The notes below the pieces were generated by a model that saw only the letters and a list, made by a program, of their open reading frames with translations, was not told where the DNA came from and made no database searches. Positions 39,317-53,401 of a stretch of 64,000 nucleotides of DNA are shown in pieces. The DNA comes from Octopus vulgaris (taxonomy: Eukaryota), in assembly GCA_951406725.2 (NCBI GenBank), contig OX597823.1, positions 74,710,001-74,774,000 of the forward strand, written 5' to 3'. The number at the start of each line of letters is the position of its first letter. Position 1 is the stretch's first letter. The translations under genes and the position numbers were made by a program.

Positions 39317-39718
39317 GTAAATGTGCTTTATGTCCTTGAAATCTGAAACCGCAAATAGCCTAAATACAAGGTGAATTCAAATAGTATCCGATCTTAATTT
39401 TTCAGCCAAAACCAATACTGCATGGGACAAAACTTAAGTGTGGGAAGTTAGCCTACTCTTTCTGGGCATGAAATTATCTCGGTGCCAATCATTCCAACCT
39501 GAAGACGGAGGCGGGCTTTACGGTAATGTTAATAAACATCGACAATTGGTTGCAATTCCTCGACTTTTTTAAACACCCCATCTGCTAACAATACTACTAT
39601 TACGTAATTCTGAGTCCCCGGAAGCAACTGTTTGACCTGAATTTCTGTTCACTCTACCCTTCGTTATTTCTGTATTTTTTGTACTCCATGTAAATTTGTT
39701 CTGTATATATGTGAATAT

Positions 39719-40110
39719 AGGCGCAGGAGTGGCTGTGTGGTAAGTAGCTTGCTTACCAACCACATGGTAACGGGTTCAGCACCCACTGCGTGGCACCTTG
39801 GGCAAGTGTCTTTTACTATAGCCTCGGGCCGACGAAAGCCTTGTTAGTGAATTTGGTTGACGGAAACTGACAGAAGCCCGCCGTATATATGTATGTGTGT
39901 GTATATGTTTGTGTCTGTGTTTGTCCCCCTAACAGCACTTGACAACAGAGTTTGGTGTCTTTACGTCCCCACAACTTAGCGGTTCGGTAAAAAGAGACCG
40001 ATATAATAAGTACTAGGCTTACAAAGAATAAGTCTTGGGATCGATTTGTTCGACTAAAGGTGCTGTTCCAGTACGGCCGCAGTCAAATGACTGAAACAAA
40101 TAAAAGAGTA
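39719..40110 (+). mobile_element. SINE family B, full length
   Basis: GGCGCAGGAGTGGCTGTGTGGTAAG head, GGGTTCAG B-box-like motif, internal (GT/AT)n, and CAAATGACTGAAACAAATAAAAGAGTA tail. Confidence 0.92.
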
Positions 40111-42089
40111 AATGACAATGAGTATCTATATGTTTCTACACGAAATTTCATCTGAATATTTTAAGTTTTTGTTCCTTTCTCTCTCTCTCTATATATATAT
40201 CCATTTATATATTTACCTCTCTACATTTATGTATGTATGTATGTATGTATGTATGTATGTATGTATTTATTTATTTTTGTATGTATGTATGTATGTATGT
40301 ATGTATGTATGTATGTATATATGTATGTGTGTTCGCGTGAGTGCATATATATATACACATACATATGCATATACATATACATACATATACATATAAATAT
40401 ATAAACACTAAATGATACGTATATGCATACGTAAAAAGAACACCTAATAGAGTTGCCGAAGAAATGACACAAGCGAATTAAATTAAAGCAAAATATAAGA
40501 CCTGTTGTTGAATTAATACGTGGAAATCTCTCATGCTAAATAAAAGAAAATAAATTTTAGCATAGTTACACTAAATAACCACAAAGTGAAAGAAGCAAAA
40601 TCGAAAAAAGGAAAAAGCGATGTAATAGGATTTGAATATGAGTTGATAAGGCAAAGATCGAAAAGTGTCATATTCTCAATTTAAGAGTGTAACAAATTTA
40701 AGGTTAGAAATAAGCCAAAACATTTAAAAACTTCGATACCTTCTCTAATATCCAACGAAGAAAGTTTTCAAATATATACTTAATAACAAAATAGCTTTAC
40801 TACCGTCATTAACACGACAAGAATGTACGATATGTAACACGTAGCGTTTTCACTGTGCAGAAATTGTAGGAAGAATATAACAGAAATATCGAAATGAATA
40901 TTTAAAACCATTTCCTTCATCGAATACTGTAACTTATGCGACCACGGCTTATCCAAATATAAGCATATAGGAATGATTAACATTTCCATTATTGTACATG
41001 TACACCAAAAATATTTTAGCTCCACAATTTATTAAAATCAGACTGTGGTAGTATATTTTCATTTTTTTATGTATTGTATCGTCTAATATGTTGTTATTAT
41101 CGTAAGAATATATGCATATGTAATATGCCGTAACTAAATGCTAAACAATTATACAGACTGAAGGCAGGAAACTAGGAAGAAGATGCAAATAAACATTTGA
41201 TATATATGAATATATGTGATCTGCTTCAATATTGTTTCTAACGAAAACAGAATGTTCATAAGTGACTTCTACGCTTTTGAATTTACTGACTCTCAATCCC
41301 TGGGGACACGCGAGATGAATTGGAATATGAGACTATGGAAGCTGCCCTTCGAAATCAACAATTTCCATCATGCGACACCGCAGTGGTATTAACGATCAGC
41401 GATATTTGAAGTAGCATTATTAGCAAGAAGAACAAAACGTAACAAAGACTACATCAGCAAGAAGAAAAATGACAACAGCTGATGCAGCAACTACAGCAAA
41501 GACGACAACTGCAAGAAGAAACTTCATGTATTAATTAGTGTGGGAGGTAGCAGCAGACGAAACGGCCAATTACAAGGTCACTAGTTTTGGGGTGGAATTC
41601 ATTTCCACCTCCACCAAATCTCTAATAGGAAATTGTAGCAGCAGGAAGAGGATATTAACAACTACACGTGTAATAATGAATGATAGTAATAATATCAATA
41701 TAAGTAACATCAACAGGTACCGGCAATAAATGTGACTTCAGTGTGAAAGCACAGTTAGATGTACTGCATGAGCACGTACTGCAACAGAGATTTTGCTCAT
41801 TCGGAATCATCAAAAACTGAATGTAATAGATGGGCACCTCACCATCTTAGGACGAATGATGCTTATACTTATGATGTCAGAAGAAATTTTGAAAACAATG
41901 TTTTACTGATTGCTATCAGTGATGATTACATGTGAATCTTCTCAGAGCAACAACCAAAGTATGAATAGCATTTGGGGAGATAATGATGTTCCGCAGCCAA
42001 TATGTTTAAATACGAGTGAAGAATCAGAGACCACACCCAGAAGCATTTCACCGATTCCCCCGTCACTTGGAAAGGATAAAACTAAGTAA

Positions 42090-42400
42090 AATGTAAAAAG
42101 TCAATTTTATCGTCCCTAAAAAAGATGGAAAGAAAATTGGACATCGGTGGGATTTGAACTCAGAAAGCCAGGGGAAATGTTGCTATACATTTTATACAGC
42201 ACGCCAATAACGAGGCCGGATCGCACCTTAAAAATCGTCTCTACTATAGTTACATGGTCTGGAAATTTGAAGGAGGGGGCTAGTGAATTTCATCAGCCCC
42301 AGCACTCAGCAAGTTCTTATTTTCATCGATCCCAGAACAAAAAGTCTGGCAAAACACAGGTAAGCAATTTGTCCAGCGTCCTAACGATTCTGCCTCCTTA
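42090..42400 (-). mobile_element. Decayed SINE family A fragments
   Basis: GGGATTTGAACTCAGAA and CTAACGATTCTGCC motifs in inverted family A orientation. Confidence 0.5.
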
Positions 42401-42449
42401 ATCATGATATGTTCTCTTTATCACCAACAAAGGGTTGTTAAAAATGTCG

Positions 42450-43090
42450 AGCACTGTACATGAGATATTCTGGAATTCAATACAACAACTAACACACAAA
42501 GAAAGCCTTTAAAACCACCACCCAGTAACATACTTATTAAATAACGTATATCCTGAAGAGGACACCATCAGTTTTTGTATTTAGATTTTAAATTACATAA
42601 CGGGGGAGATGTCTGCTTTCATCGGTTAGACGCATTTCTAAATCTCCGAAGATTAGTAGCACTGTGATTGAAGCATTATAATGTATCTGAAGAGTAGTGT
42701 TGCTTTCGTACGGGCATTTTCCCCAGTGAAAGAACATCCTCAGCAGCATTAGGATTGATCAAACTCTTGAAGATACTTCAGCAAATAAATGTTAATAATA
42801 TTCTAATAACCTCAGGCTAGGCCACAATTGTCTATGGAATTCACCAAAATCTTGCAGAAACACCCAAACCTACATCCAAGAAAGTGTTAGGCAACTAAGT
42901 GCTACATAATCCCACACTTTTAAACCTCTGACGAAGATTTCTTTCAGGAACATATCCATTCCTGTCCCATTTTATAAAATACTTATTGAACGTGGGTATG
43001 TGCGCAAGCTCAAATGTACAAGGGAGCGTACAGACAAAATTGTCATTGTGTAAATCGATATTCTGGTGGTCACTTGCAATTAACATTGCT
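42450..43090 (-). pseudogene. Possible highly decayed piggyBac-type transposase relic
   Basis: Minus-strand fragments in expected order: YVPERN..RFK.VGLCS (YIPxKPxKxGxKxWxLC-like), DVGLGVS (LGLGxS-like) and DGVL; many stops and frameshifts. Confidence 0.3.
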
Positions 43091-45442
43091 AAATGGATTA
43101 TATCGACTCCCTCTCACTTTCGACGTCATTAATGCCGTGAATTGGTGTTTAGGCCGTTTGAATTTTGTAACTAAATGAGGATATTATTTAAGTGTTGTTT
43201 ATTAATAAGTTAATAGCTTATGACATTAGGCTACATACGTCATCAAATCTAATGTACGTACGTACAATCATTCATGTGTAATTGGCAGAAAAATGCTTCA
43301 ATGGAATCACATATCTGTGTCGTGTAACATACCCTAAAATACTATACACGAAGTATCAGGATAATTGTTAAAAATTGTTTCGCATAATAAATGATATGAT
43401 TTTTTATAATGGTTTTTATAAGGCAACATAACCAAAATCAGTATTCTCTCTAATTCCAGTTTTAATGAAACTGCCTCCGTGAAACTGTTTTCCTAAACAC
43501 TAAAAAATATTTCTGCTTAAATTTAATTTACTAAATACAAGGTCATGAAATTGTCATGCAAAACATAAATCCGTTGCATTAATGATGTGTAAGCTGCCTC
43601 ACTCTATATTAATTCATACTATTAAAATTACAACTCTGCCACGTTTATATGAAAATTCTGTTCTGTCATAGGCAGCACCTTCGAACACTTTGGCGTGACA
43701 TAATCAATAAAATCTACAGTTACTTCGTAACATGTTATGACGTATTATTGAAGTAAAAGACCATTTACAACGTGCTTTATAAATAATTCGTGAAATCTTT
43801 TTGAACTATACTTAAATCAGCATAATGGAGAAACTTCCTCTCCGTGTTATATATCATAGAAATTCAGTGCGGTAAGATTTAAGCTGAAAAATCTAGTTAA
43901 ATGAACAGTATTCCCAAACTGCATTAATAAGTAAGACTCACCCAGTTGAAAAGATAGCTACTATTCGCTGTTCTGATCCATTGAAAGTTAAACGTCTTGG
44001 CCTTGGACATAAGTCAAAACCGATGAAAGGAAATGCATCACCAACACATCTGTAGTCGTTCGGCTGTGTATTGATTTGGCCAACTATAATCTGGTGAATA
44101 GTGAATGGAGCGGTTTCAAGAGATATTTTTAACAAAACGTGACCGTAACTGGATTTTATTTATGTTGGTCTTTCTGAAATCCAATATCACCTAAACACAA
44201 TAACATTTAAAATTACTACTCAGTTGATAGAGAGTCCTGATGAAAAAATACTGGAATCACACACTTTCCTTTTCTAATATTTTTTCATTTCCAGAAGTTA
44301 GAACGGTATATAAAGCCATCGAAAACAAAACGGATACGTAATTCAACTTCAGTTAATTTAAAGGAAAAATGCCAAAACTTTACTGGGATTCCGGTACGGC
44401 TGATCGATCAAATGACATTATATAACTCAATTGACAAATGCCAGCCATTAAACCGATCCCAAACATGCTCATGTATGCAACCCATTCTTTTATAATATCG
44501 AGCCCTTTGCCAATAATAGTAATCGATATACGTATGTATATACATTACTTTCAGTAAATATTTTATCATTCGTCAATGTTCAATATTACTAAATGTTTCA
44601 CATTGTTTCATAGATGTAAGAGTTGCAAATTGTTTAGCGTAGCAGAACAAGTATTATCCAGTATTCATTACTTAATCATTAAATTTTATATTCAAAGTTT
44701 ACCTAGAACATATTGGTCTATTCGAGTTTAAGTTCCGTTTCGAAATATTAAGGACGATCAATTCAATTGTTTTTACTTCAAGTATAGCGTTTTAGGCGCC
44801 AGTGCCACTCCCATCTTTTTCCATCTTTGTCGTTTTCATACACATTGATGTCTCTGTCTAGACCGCAGCTACCTTTATCTCTGTTCGACATTCATGGTCA
44901 ATTCGATGAAATAATGGAATGTAATAAAGTATAGCGTTTTACGTTGTTGTTACTGCTTTTTAGTTCTAGTTAAACACTCTACATCAGATGATTGAAGAAT
45001 ATTGTCAACTCAGGAAAATTGAGACATTTTGCAAGGTAAAACTAACGTTCATCGAGTTGACTTTGTGTAGATTCGCAAGGTAAAGGGACGTTCATAGCGG
45101 ATGAGGTTTTATATAGAAGTTGTGAACCTCTATCAGTTCTTCCGCTTTCGAATCATCTTCAACTGAATCACAATCTATGTCGCTGAAATTTTCTTAGTGC
45201 TTTATATTGAGAAAGTACATAATGTGTGCAAGAGTTTGAATAAGAAATTTGTATTTAAATATACGTGAAGATAAGAATATAGTCTATATAGAAATATTTT
45301 CGGTTGCTTCCCATTTTTTCAATTTAAAAATTTCACATAGATATATATATATGTTTATATTAATGGCTCAATGCATACATATATGTATGTATTGATACAT
45401 ACATGGATACTTATACATATATACATACACACACACATATAT

Positions 45443-45670
45443 ATTTCTTTACTACCCACAAGGGGCTAAACATAGAGGGGACAAACAAGGACAGACAAAG
45501 GGATTAAGTCGATTACATCGACCCCAGTGCGTAACTGGTACTTAATTTATCGACCCCGAAAGGATGAAAGGCAAAGTCGACCTCGGCGGAATTTGAACCC
45601 AGAACACTTAACGGCAGACGAAATACGGCTACGCATTTCGCCCGACGTGCAAACGTTTCTGCCAGCTCGC
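45443..45670 (-). mobile_element. SINE family A, near-consensus copy
   Basis: Clean reverse complement of the family from GCGAGCTGGCAGAAACG to GTGGGTAGTAAAGAAATA. Confidence 0.92.
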
Positions 45671-45693
45671 ATATATACATATACATACATATA

Positions 45694-45788
<95 letters not shown>

Positions 45789-46111
45789 ATATATTAATAT
45801 AGGTGGTTGTGTGGTAGGATGCTTGCTTCCAAGCTACAGATATGCAATTGTACCCAAAATTGCAACAGTGCCAATATTTGTTTTCTTTTTTTGTAGGAGA
45901 CATTACTTACCATATCCTATCATCGTTGTTATGTGAAATACCGTATTCTAACAACAAATATTGAGAGTTGATCCATTCTATCTTGAGATAGAATATTATA
46001 CAGAATCCTCATGAGTTGTGAGCTCCGATCCTGTATTTACTATTATCAGAGATGTGAAGACTAGACACTTTGAAACCTAAGAAGGGGTCATGAAAATATT
46101 CAGCAAAGCGT

Positions 46112-46540
46112 CGGTGTGGCTGTGTTGGTAGAAACTTGGTTTCCAACCACATCGTTTGGGTTTCAGTCTCGCAACGTGACACCCTAGACGAGGGTATTCT
46201 ACTATATATTTCTTTACTACCCACAAGAAGGTAAACACAGAAGGGATAAAGAAGGACAGACAAACGGATTAAGTTGATTACATCGACCCCAGTGCGTAAC
46301 TGGTACTTAATTTATCGACCTCGAAAGGATGAAAGGCAAAATTGACCTCGGCGGAATTTGAACTCAGAACGTAACGGCAGACGAAATACAGCTATGCATT
46401 TCGCCCGGCGAGCTAACGTTTCTGCCAGCTCGCCACCTTATGTGGTCTTCTACCATAGCCTCGGGCCGACCAAAGCTGTATGAATGGATTTGGTAGACGG
46501 AGACCGAAGGAAGCCTGTCATATGTGTGTATGTATGGGGA
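46112..46540 (+). mobile_element. SINE family B interrupted by an antisense SINE A
   Basis: The B head (46112-46207) resumes at about 46445 with GTCTTCTACCATAGCCTCGGGCCGACC. Confidence 0.8.
46208..46437 (-). mobile_element. SINE family A nested in SINE B
   Basis: Full reverse complement of family A, flanked by TTCTACTATA and TTCTACCATA (TSD-like). Confidence 0.9.
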
Positions 46541-47639
46541 TTTTCTACACCTATTTTCTTTCCAAAATTCTTTTCAGAAGTATCGTTGCTCAACCTGTAT
46601 CTCTCATTTACTAGTCTTTCCCAAACTGTCGTTGATCAATATTTAATTCAGAAGTACGCGAATGTGAACCGAAACACCTACCTCTATAATCATAACTCAT
46701 AATTTTACATTAAACTGATATTTTTATTGCCTAGCACATTCTTATTGAGAAACTAATATTTTATGTTCGAATTATGTTTCTCACTCACGTAAATTACTTA
46801 AGTAGACTGAACTGAACATTATCTAAAATTATGTAATTTACAATTGAAATCTAATGAGTGTAAGAAAACAACATATGGAAATTTTCCCTTACAAAACTAG
46901 TTATCGGCCGACAGTTGTCTGGAAAATTACATCGTATTGTAAAGTATTCCATATTCATTCCCATTTTATTAATGTCTGGCAATTTGAATTTTGTATAGTA
47001 CTTAATTCCTTCGTTATTCTAAATACTTATTATGTTGGAAATCATTAAAATCTAACCCATGCAAATGGAGGTTATTATACAAAGATTAACTAAGATTAAT
47101 TACTCCGTTTATGTTCGTTGTAAATATGACTTATTCAGATTTAATACGCTTCTATAAAAAATTTCATAAATATTTGTTTAATATTTATTGTTTTGTGTAG
47201 TTTTTCCATTTACCAAGAAATGGAAATTGTCTTGTGCTTAATTTCAATTTCCTTTAATATGCTATTTTTTACTTGCTCTATTGTACATTTAGTTCTTCTT
47301 ATACTAACCTTATTTTCCCAGTGTAAGTAACTTAAATGTATAAACCATCCAATTTCCGCTTCATTTCACAGACGTTTCCTAATATTTAAAACAAATATAG
47401 ATATTTAATACGTTTCCTTAAGTTTCAATATATCTTTACTTAGCTATTTCACAATATATAAATATCTGTATTTTCCTATACGAGACTCATCGATAATGCC
47501 TGTCTATAAGACATTATTTCCTTTTTGCTGACGAAACATTTCAGACAGATTTCGAATTTTGGAATTTCTTATCGTGTATGACAAATATTTTACAAGCGAA
47601 TGCAGTTCGTAATTTTTTTCTTTTCACAGTAAATTTCAG

Positions 47640-48268
47640 GGATCTTAACCTTTTGACCAACAGATTTAAAAAATAATTGTTTGTAACTTAAACGTTTTCA
47701 AACTTCGGACAATGGTAGAATGTATCATATAAAATATATTTTACTCTTAGCATTTTTGTGTAAAACTTATATTTACGAAGTTATTTCACGTTAAAGTTGT
47801 CCTGTTTCGGTAATTTCAACCAATCAATGACGTGTATTCAGCTGAATAAAATTACTGCCGTTCTGTGACAACAACTACCGGCGGTATAGTTTTCGTTTGT
47901 TACTGTTATTTATGACATCGTTCGTGCATTTGTATTGGTTTTAGCTTTAAGGTTTTAGGATCAGGGTTTTAAGGTTAGGGTGTTAGGATTTTAGGGTTAG
48001 GGTTAAGGTTTTAGGGTTAGGTTTAGAGTTGTCATACACCGCCGGAAGTTCTTGTTGACAAACAACGGCAGTAATTTTATTCAGCTGAAAACACGTCATC
48101 GATTGCTTGAAATTACCGAAATAGGCCAACTTTAACGTGACAAAACTTCGTAAATATAAGTTTTTCTCAAAAAGGCTAAGAGTAAAATATGTAAAATATG
48201 TCCGAATTTGAATGTGTTTAGTTACCAAAAATTATGTTTCAAATCTGTCGGTCAAAAGGTAAAGATCC
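47640..48268. mobile_element. Foldback MITE with long TIRs and a telomere-like core (8-bp TSD; Mutator/Merlin-like)
   Basis: Ends GGATCTTAACCTTTTGACC and GGTCAAAAGGTAAAGATCC; inverted similarity extends about 240 bp; TSD AATTTCAG / ATTTTCAG; degenerate TTAGGG array at about 47937-48027. Confidence 0.88.
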
Positions 48269-49019
48269 ATTTTCAGAGTATTATACTGACATTTTCAAAC
48301 AATTTGTCTTGAACTATTTTCATATGATTGAAAAATAACTATCGTTACGGGATCTGTTGTAAACATAATTTCGGCCCGAAAAACTTAGTTGAGGAATATT
48401 TCTGTCTCTACAAAACATTGGAATTGGGTTGCAACTGCTGTCTATAGCTTTTGCTTCATATATTACCTACGTATGGTCATTAGCATTTATTTTTTCGCCA
48501 TGCACCATAGTTTCAGGTACTTTGGATATTAATATATACGTGTAAATAGGAAAACGTTTTGTAAAAATTTGTGGGAGATAGTTTACTTTTAGTAAAAACG
48601 TTATGGGAGATGATATACGATCTAAAGCAAACGGCGAAATCTACACCAGAGACGTTTTTTTATAGCTGCTGTTCGCCAAATTTCGTACACTATGATGCAG
48701 GTCCCAGCTGTATGGAATACAAATAATAGAATAACTTTACAAACTATAAATCAAACAAAAATCTTTAGTTTTTGAGAACTTTCAGATTTGGTTTCTCAAT
48801 TAGGATTATTCGGTTTCAGTGTGAAGACACTTGGCGTGTCTGTTGTGCTGGACAAGTGGCTAGCTTTATATACTTAACAAGAATTTATTTGTTAGACATG
48901 AAACGTCAAGCAGAAGGAAACAAATTTTTATTCTAATTAGAAGGGAGAGGACTTCTTGAAAAAATCGAAACTAACGTACTTTACATGAAGTCAAATATTT
49001 ATTCAAATTTATGAAATCG

Positions 49020-49527
49020 GCATTTTATCAGTCTTTACTTTCTAAGTTCAAATTCTGCCGAGGTCGACATTAATTTTCATCCTTTTAGAGGCGACAAAAT
49101 ATATACCATTTGAGCATTGTGGTTAATGTGATAGACTTACCCTTCCCTTGGAATAGTTTGTGCCAAATTTTCAAACCAATAAATTTTAAGGCAGCGAGCT
49201 GGCAGATCGTTAGCACGCCGGGCCAAATGCTTAGCGGTATTTTGTCTGCCGCTAAGTCCTGAGTTCAAATTCCACCGAGGTTGCCTTTGCCTTTCATCCT
49301 TTCGGTGTCGATTAAATAAGTACCAGTTACGCACTGGGGTCAATATAATCGACTTAATACGTTTGTCTGTCCTTGTTTGTCCTCTCTGTGTTTAGTCCCT
49401 TGTGGGTAGTAAAGAAATAGAAATAGGTATTTCCTCTGCCATTACGTTCTGAGTTCAAATTCCGCCGAGGTCGACTTTGCCTTTCATCCTTTCGGGGTCG
49501 ATAACTTAAGTACCAGTTACGCACTGC
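49020..49527 (+). mobile_element. SINE family A cluster: decayed monomer, full copy (49188-49420) and partial second monomer
   Basis: Three occurrences of AGTTCAAATTC...CCGAGGT...TTTCATCCTTT. Confidence 0.88.
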
Positions 49528-50070
49528 TTTTTAATATGCTTATATATGTAACGTTCTTTCTAATTGTTGGTGCTAGCATCACAGAAATATTTTGTTTGGA
49601 CAAAAAAAAACAACATATCAGCATCTTATTAGTGTCTTTGTCTGAGTATCTTCTTCAACCAGTTTGGTTTAACTCAGATGTCTGGTGGTGACTTGTTTTG
49701 ATGCCGCATAAGTAGTGATTTTTCTGATTCAGCGGAAATACCTGTCAGTATTTACAAAAATAAAACCTGTCAGTGTTTGAAGAAATAAAAATTAAAAAAA
49801 TCTAACAAAAGACGTAAACAAAGATAGTCAAAAACAGAAAACATATCCTTGTCCATTGGTGTCAAAAATGTGGTATAACTGCGTCTTCAAATTATCTCCA
49901 CTTCTTTCACTGACTCTATCAAAATTATTATAACTATTTTGCCTACAAAGTCAAAGAGAAAATATTTTCTATAAAATACAAATTTATCTTCGGTGCTCTT
50001 GAATATAAAAGTTTTAGATTTTGATATCGAAACGATACATATCAGTATATATGTGTATGTACAATACGTA

Positions 50071-51289
50071 TTATATTATTCGGATAGTTCTGAGGGGTAT
50101 AAATAATTGACCTTGCAATAAATGTTATTCAATGGAATAATTTCCATTATTATAAATGATATTTGCCCATCTATCAGGTAATTCAAATATTCCATCAGCA
50201 TTAAACTTGACTGGTTTTGAAGAACAAAAGTTACTTGGATGCATTTTGACTCCGTCTAAATCGGTAAATGCAATGATTTTTGAAAAGATAAAAACAAGTG
50301 GCAGTTGGATAATGCAATGTCAGGAGAATATGGTGGATGGAGTTAGAGATCCAAGCCAGGTTCATGTAACTTTTGTCGGGTATCCAAAGACGTATGTGGT
50401 TAGGCATCGTCTTGTTCAAATTTTACCCCGTTCCTGTTGCGCATTACCAGCCTCAGTTCTTTGGTTTTCTGCTTAAAATTAGTTAGCTGACGACAGTTCA
50501 CATCAGTGAACCACATTAATGGTCTGGATTTGCAGGTGAAGCTCATAATAATGCATTTATGATCCCACCAAACACAAAGCATAGCTTTTTGGCATGGATA
50601 TTCGTTTTTCATTTTCGCACTACGCTTTCGTACTCAGTCCATTTTCATTTCCAAAGTTGTTTCTCAAATGGCATGTACTTATTCCGTTTCAAAAGCATAT
50701 CACAAACGGAATGCCGGTTCAAGCAATTCAGTTCTGGGAGTTTGTGTAGGACCCATAGAATATAGCGAGAGATGTATCTCAGCTTCGTTAGGTGTGCATG
50801 AGACGTACTTTAGAAACTACCAACTATTCTGCAAGTTCTCTAGTCATGATGTTTCAGTTTTCTTCGATTGTTTGCTTTCAAGACATCTTCATGCAATTTT
50901 GAAGGACTTTCACTGCGATTGTCATCTTCTAAGCTAAAGTCTCCAGCTTCCAATTGTGCAAGCAGTCTTCAAACAGTTGACTTACTACAGCATGATCACC
51001 ATAAATTTCACAAATATTTTTGCAAGTTTTTGCAAAACTTTCCTTCCTTTTTCAAAAAAGTAAGAAAAATGTTCTACGACACAAATATGAAATTTATGGT
51101 TATCCATTTCAAATGTCGATAAAAGGTAAGCGGAAGGGAAGATAGGGTTATTTTAAGTCACAAACAGAGAAAACATGCACTACCACTTCAGGTAGCGCAA
51201 ACGTTTTACCCGTGTTACCTTTCATATGTGTCCAGTGAAGCGTTAAACGTTTTAGCTTTAAAACGTTCAGAACTTTACGGATAATCTAA
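50071..51289 (-). mobile_element. Near full-length decayed mariner element
   Basis: TIRs TTATATTATTCGGATAGTTCTGA and TCAGAACTTTACGGATAATCTAA with TA flanks, 1219 bp; transposase remnants MLCVWWDHKCII and GVKFEQDDA. Confidence 0.85.
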
Positions 51290-53401
51290 TACATACATAC
51301 ATACATACATACATACATCAATATATGAATGAATATATGCATACCGCAGTTTGATATAATATCATCGAAGTATATAGCAATTATGTAATTATCCATTTAG
51401 TGACATTTATCTTGAACAAAATTCGGGCACATATAAAGTATAGAATATATGTGGAACTTATGTCATTCCGCTTATATTTTATTTGTGTATATGGGTAATG
51501 GTGTGTATGTGAGTGCATATGTGCATGTGTGTATGTGTGTGCGTATGTATATAATTTGAAAGAGTAATGACATCGATATTGAGAGTGTGTCAAAAACATT
51601 TACTTTATAAATTTTTAAACGATCATTTAGACTATAACTAAAATATTTAACAGTGGAAGATGAAGAAATGAAAATGAATCTGTCCCAAAATAATCTTTGA
51701 ATGTACCAGTCAAGGTATTGGTACACAGATACTTTCTTCCGGGTAGTTTATTGTATGCTTCTACATATATCTTCAAATTCAAAATTTATAGATCACAGTT
51801 TAACGAAAATGTCACCGGATAAACATAGTCAAAAACCTTCAACGTATATACTTCATGCAAAATTAAAAATCGGTTTAAACAATGAATATTATGTTGCAGT
51901 TTTGCTTGAGAAATATCCTGGAACTGATCGATAAATATGATATGACTCTTCAGAAAATTGGGTTTGAAAATATATTGTGAAAAACCAGGTCGTATGTCAA
52001 ATATACATTCGTCTTTCGTTACAAACAGCAATACCAGTTTCAAGTTACATAGTAGAAATAGTAATAAATAATCCGCAGAAATCCAAAGATAAACATTTCG
52101 CATTAAGTAGCCGATGTGTATACGCATAACAAGGAAATACAAGTTCAGTATTTTATATCAAAATTACTAATGTTCATTGAATTTATAGTAGAAAGATAAG
52201 AATAAGAGAAAATCTGTCTCGTGGACAGAAATGGCTTCTTCTAGATATTGAATATACAGTGAGACAATGTAAGGAGAATTAAAAAGACGAGAGATCTGGT
52301 ATGTGAAAATATGAAGGCAAACGCAAAACGCCCAATAAATTTGCAATAGGATTGGCTTTAACACTTCATAAAATAGGTCAAAAATTACTGGACCAAAATT
52401 AAGAATGTTCGCTCTACGCCACATGGAATTATATCCTTTATTATATTCAATAATTGTACATAGACACTCAATGATCATCGCTAACTTCTACATGTAGGTG
52501 TATCATGGTATATTAGTCATTGAGGGAATTAACTTTAACTATGCAACACCACGTAGTGGGACCTGCTTATCAGCCATTAATCGAGTAAGATTTCAGCAGA
52601 ACTATTTTAAATAGTTACAAACTTCATTCAAATTAGTAAACTTCCAAAAACGAAAAAAAGAATTCGTATTCTCCTATATACATTAGTGATTAAACACAGC
52701 AGATATTAAAAATATTTTTCTGGTTAAATTGGGAAAGGAAGTATATGACTCATTTACGCACATTAAACATTTGATTTTTCACACGTAAAAGTGGTTTCAG
52801 AGGTGTCATATACTATGACACTAGGTATCGAAATATATGCTAAATTATTTCAATGGAGATGTTTTGGATATCGACTTTGATTCAGCTATCGATAAAGTTT
52901 AAGAATTATTATGAGATTAGTGTTTTCAGGATTGCTCGATGTAAAAGGTTTTTTCTTTGTTAACTAACAGTGCACAAAAGGGGAGACTATTTCGACCATA
53001 TTCTCCCAGAGGTGGCTTTAGTGGCATTGGATCTGTTTACTCTATTCCTTTAATAAACCTACGATTCAAACAAAATAGATCTGATCAAAAGTTTTAAGAA
53101 TCTCATTTTCATTCAACAAATAGTTTCCAATCTAGATGTACTGGAATATCCTGAGTGTTACCCAAAGTCAAAATCTGAATTGCCAATAGTACAAATGCCT
53201 CATTTGATGCATCTAGTACCAATTAGTCTTCAAGGAGAGGTAAATAGATATAGTAGATTCTTAGGTGAGATTGGAGCAGAAAAAGTCTGTGTTTGCTAAG
53301 CAGCGCCTATATGCTAGTAAATATCTGGACGATCACTTTATAAGTAAAATACTTAGCTGCGGCACTTCAAAAAATCAAAACGAATTTGCACGAAATTATT
53401 C

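Noticed and set aside
43938-44173. Protein-like minus-strand ORF ending at a GTGAGT donor
   Set aside because: All three frames from the best acceptor (TTTCAG at about 44174) hit stops and no homology is recognised; not supportable as a coding exon.
47937-48027. True telomere or chromosome-fusion site
   Set aside because: The array is short, degenerate, single-orientation and enclosed by MITE TIRs and a TSD.
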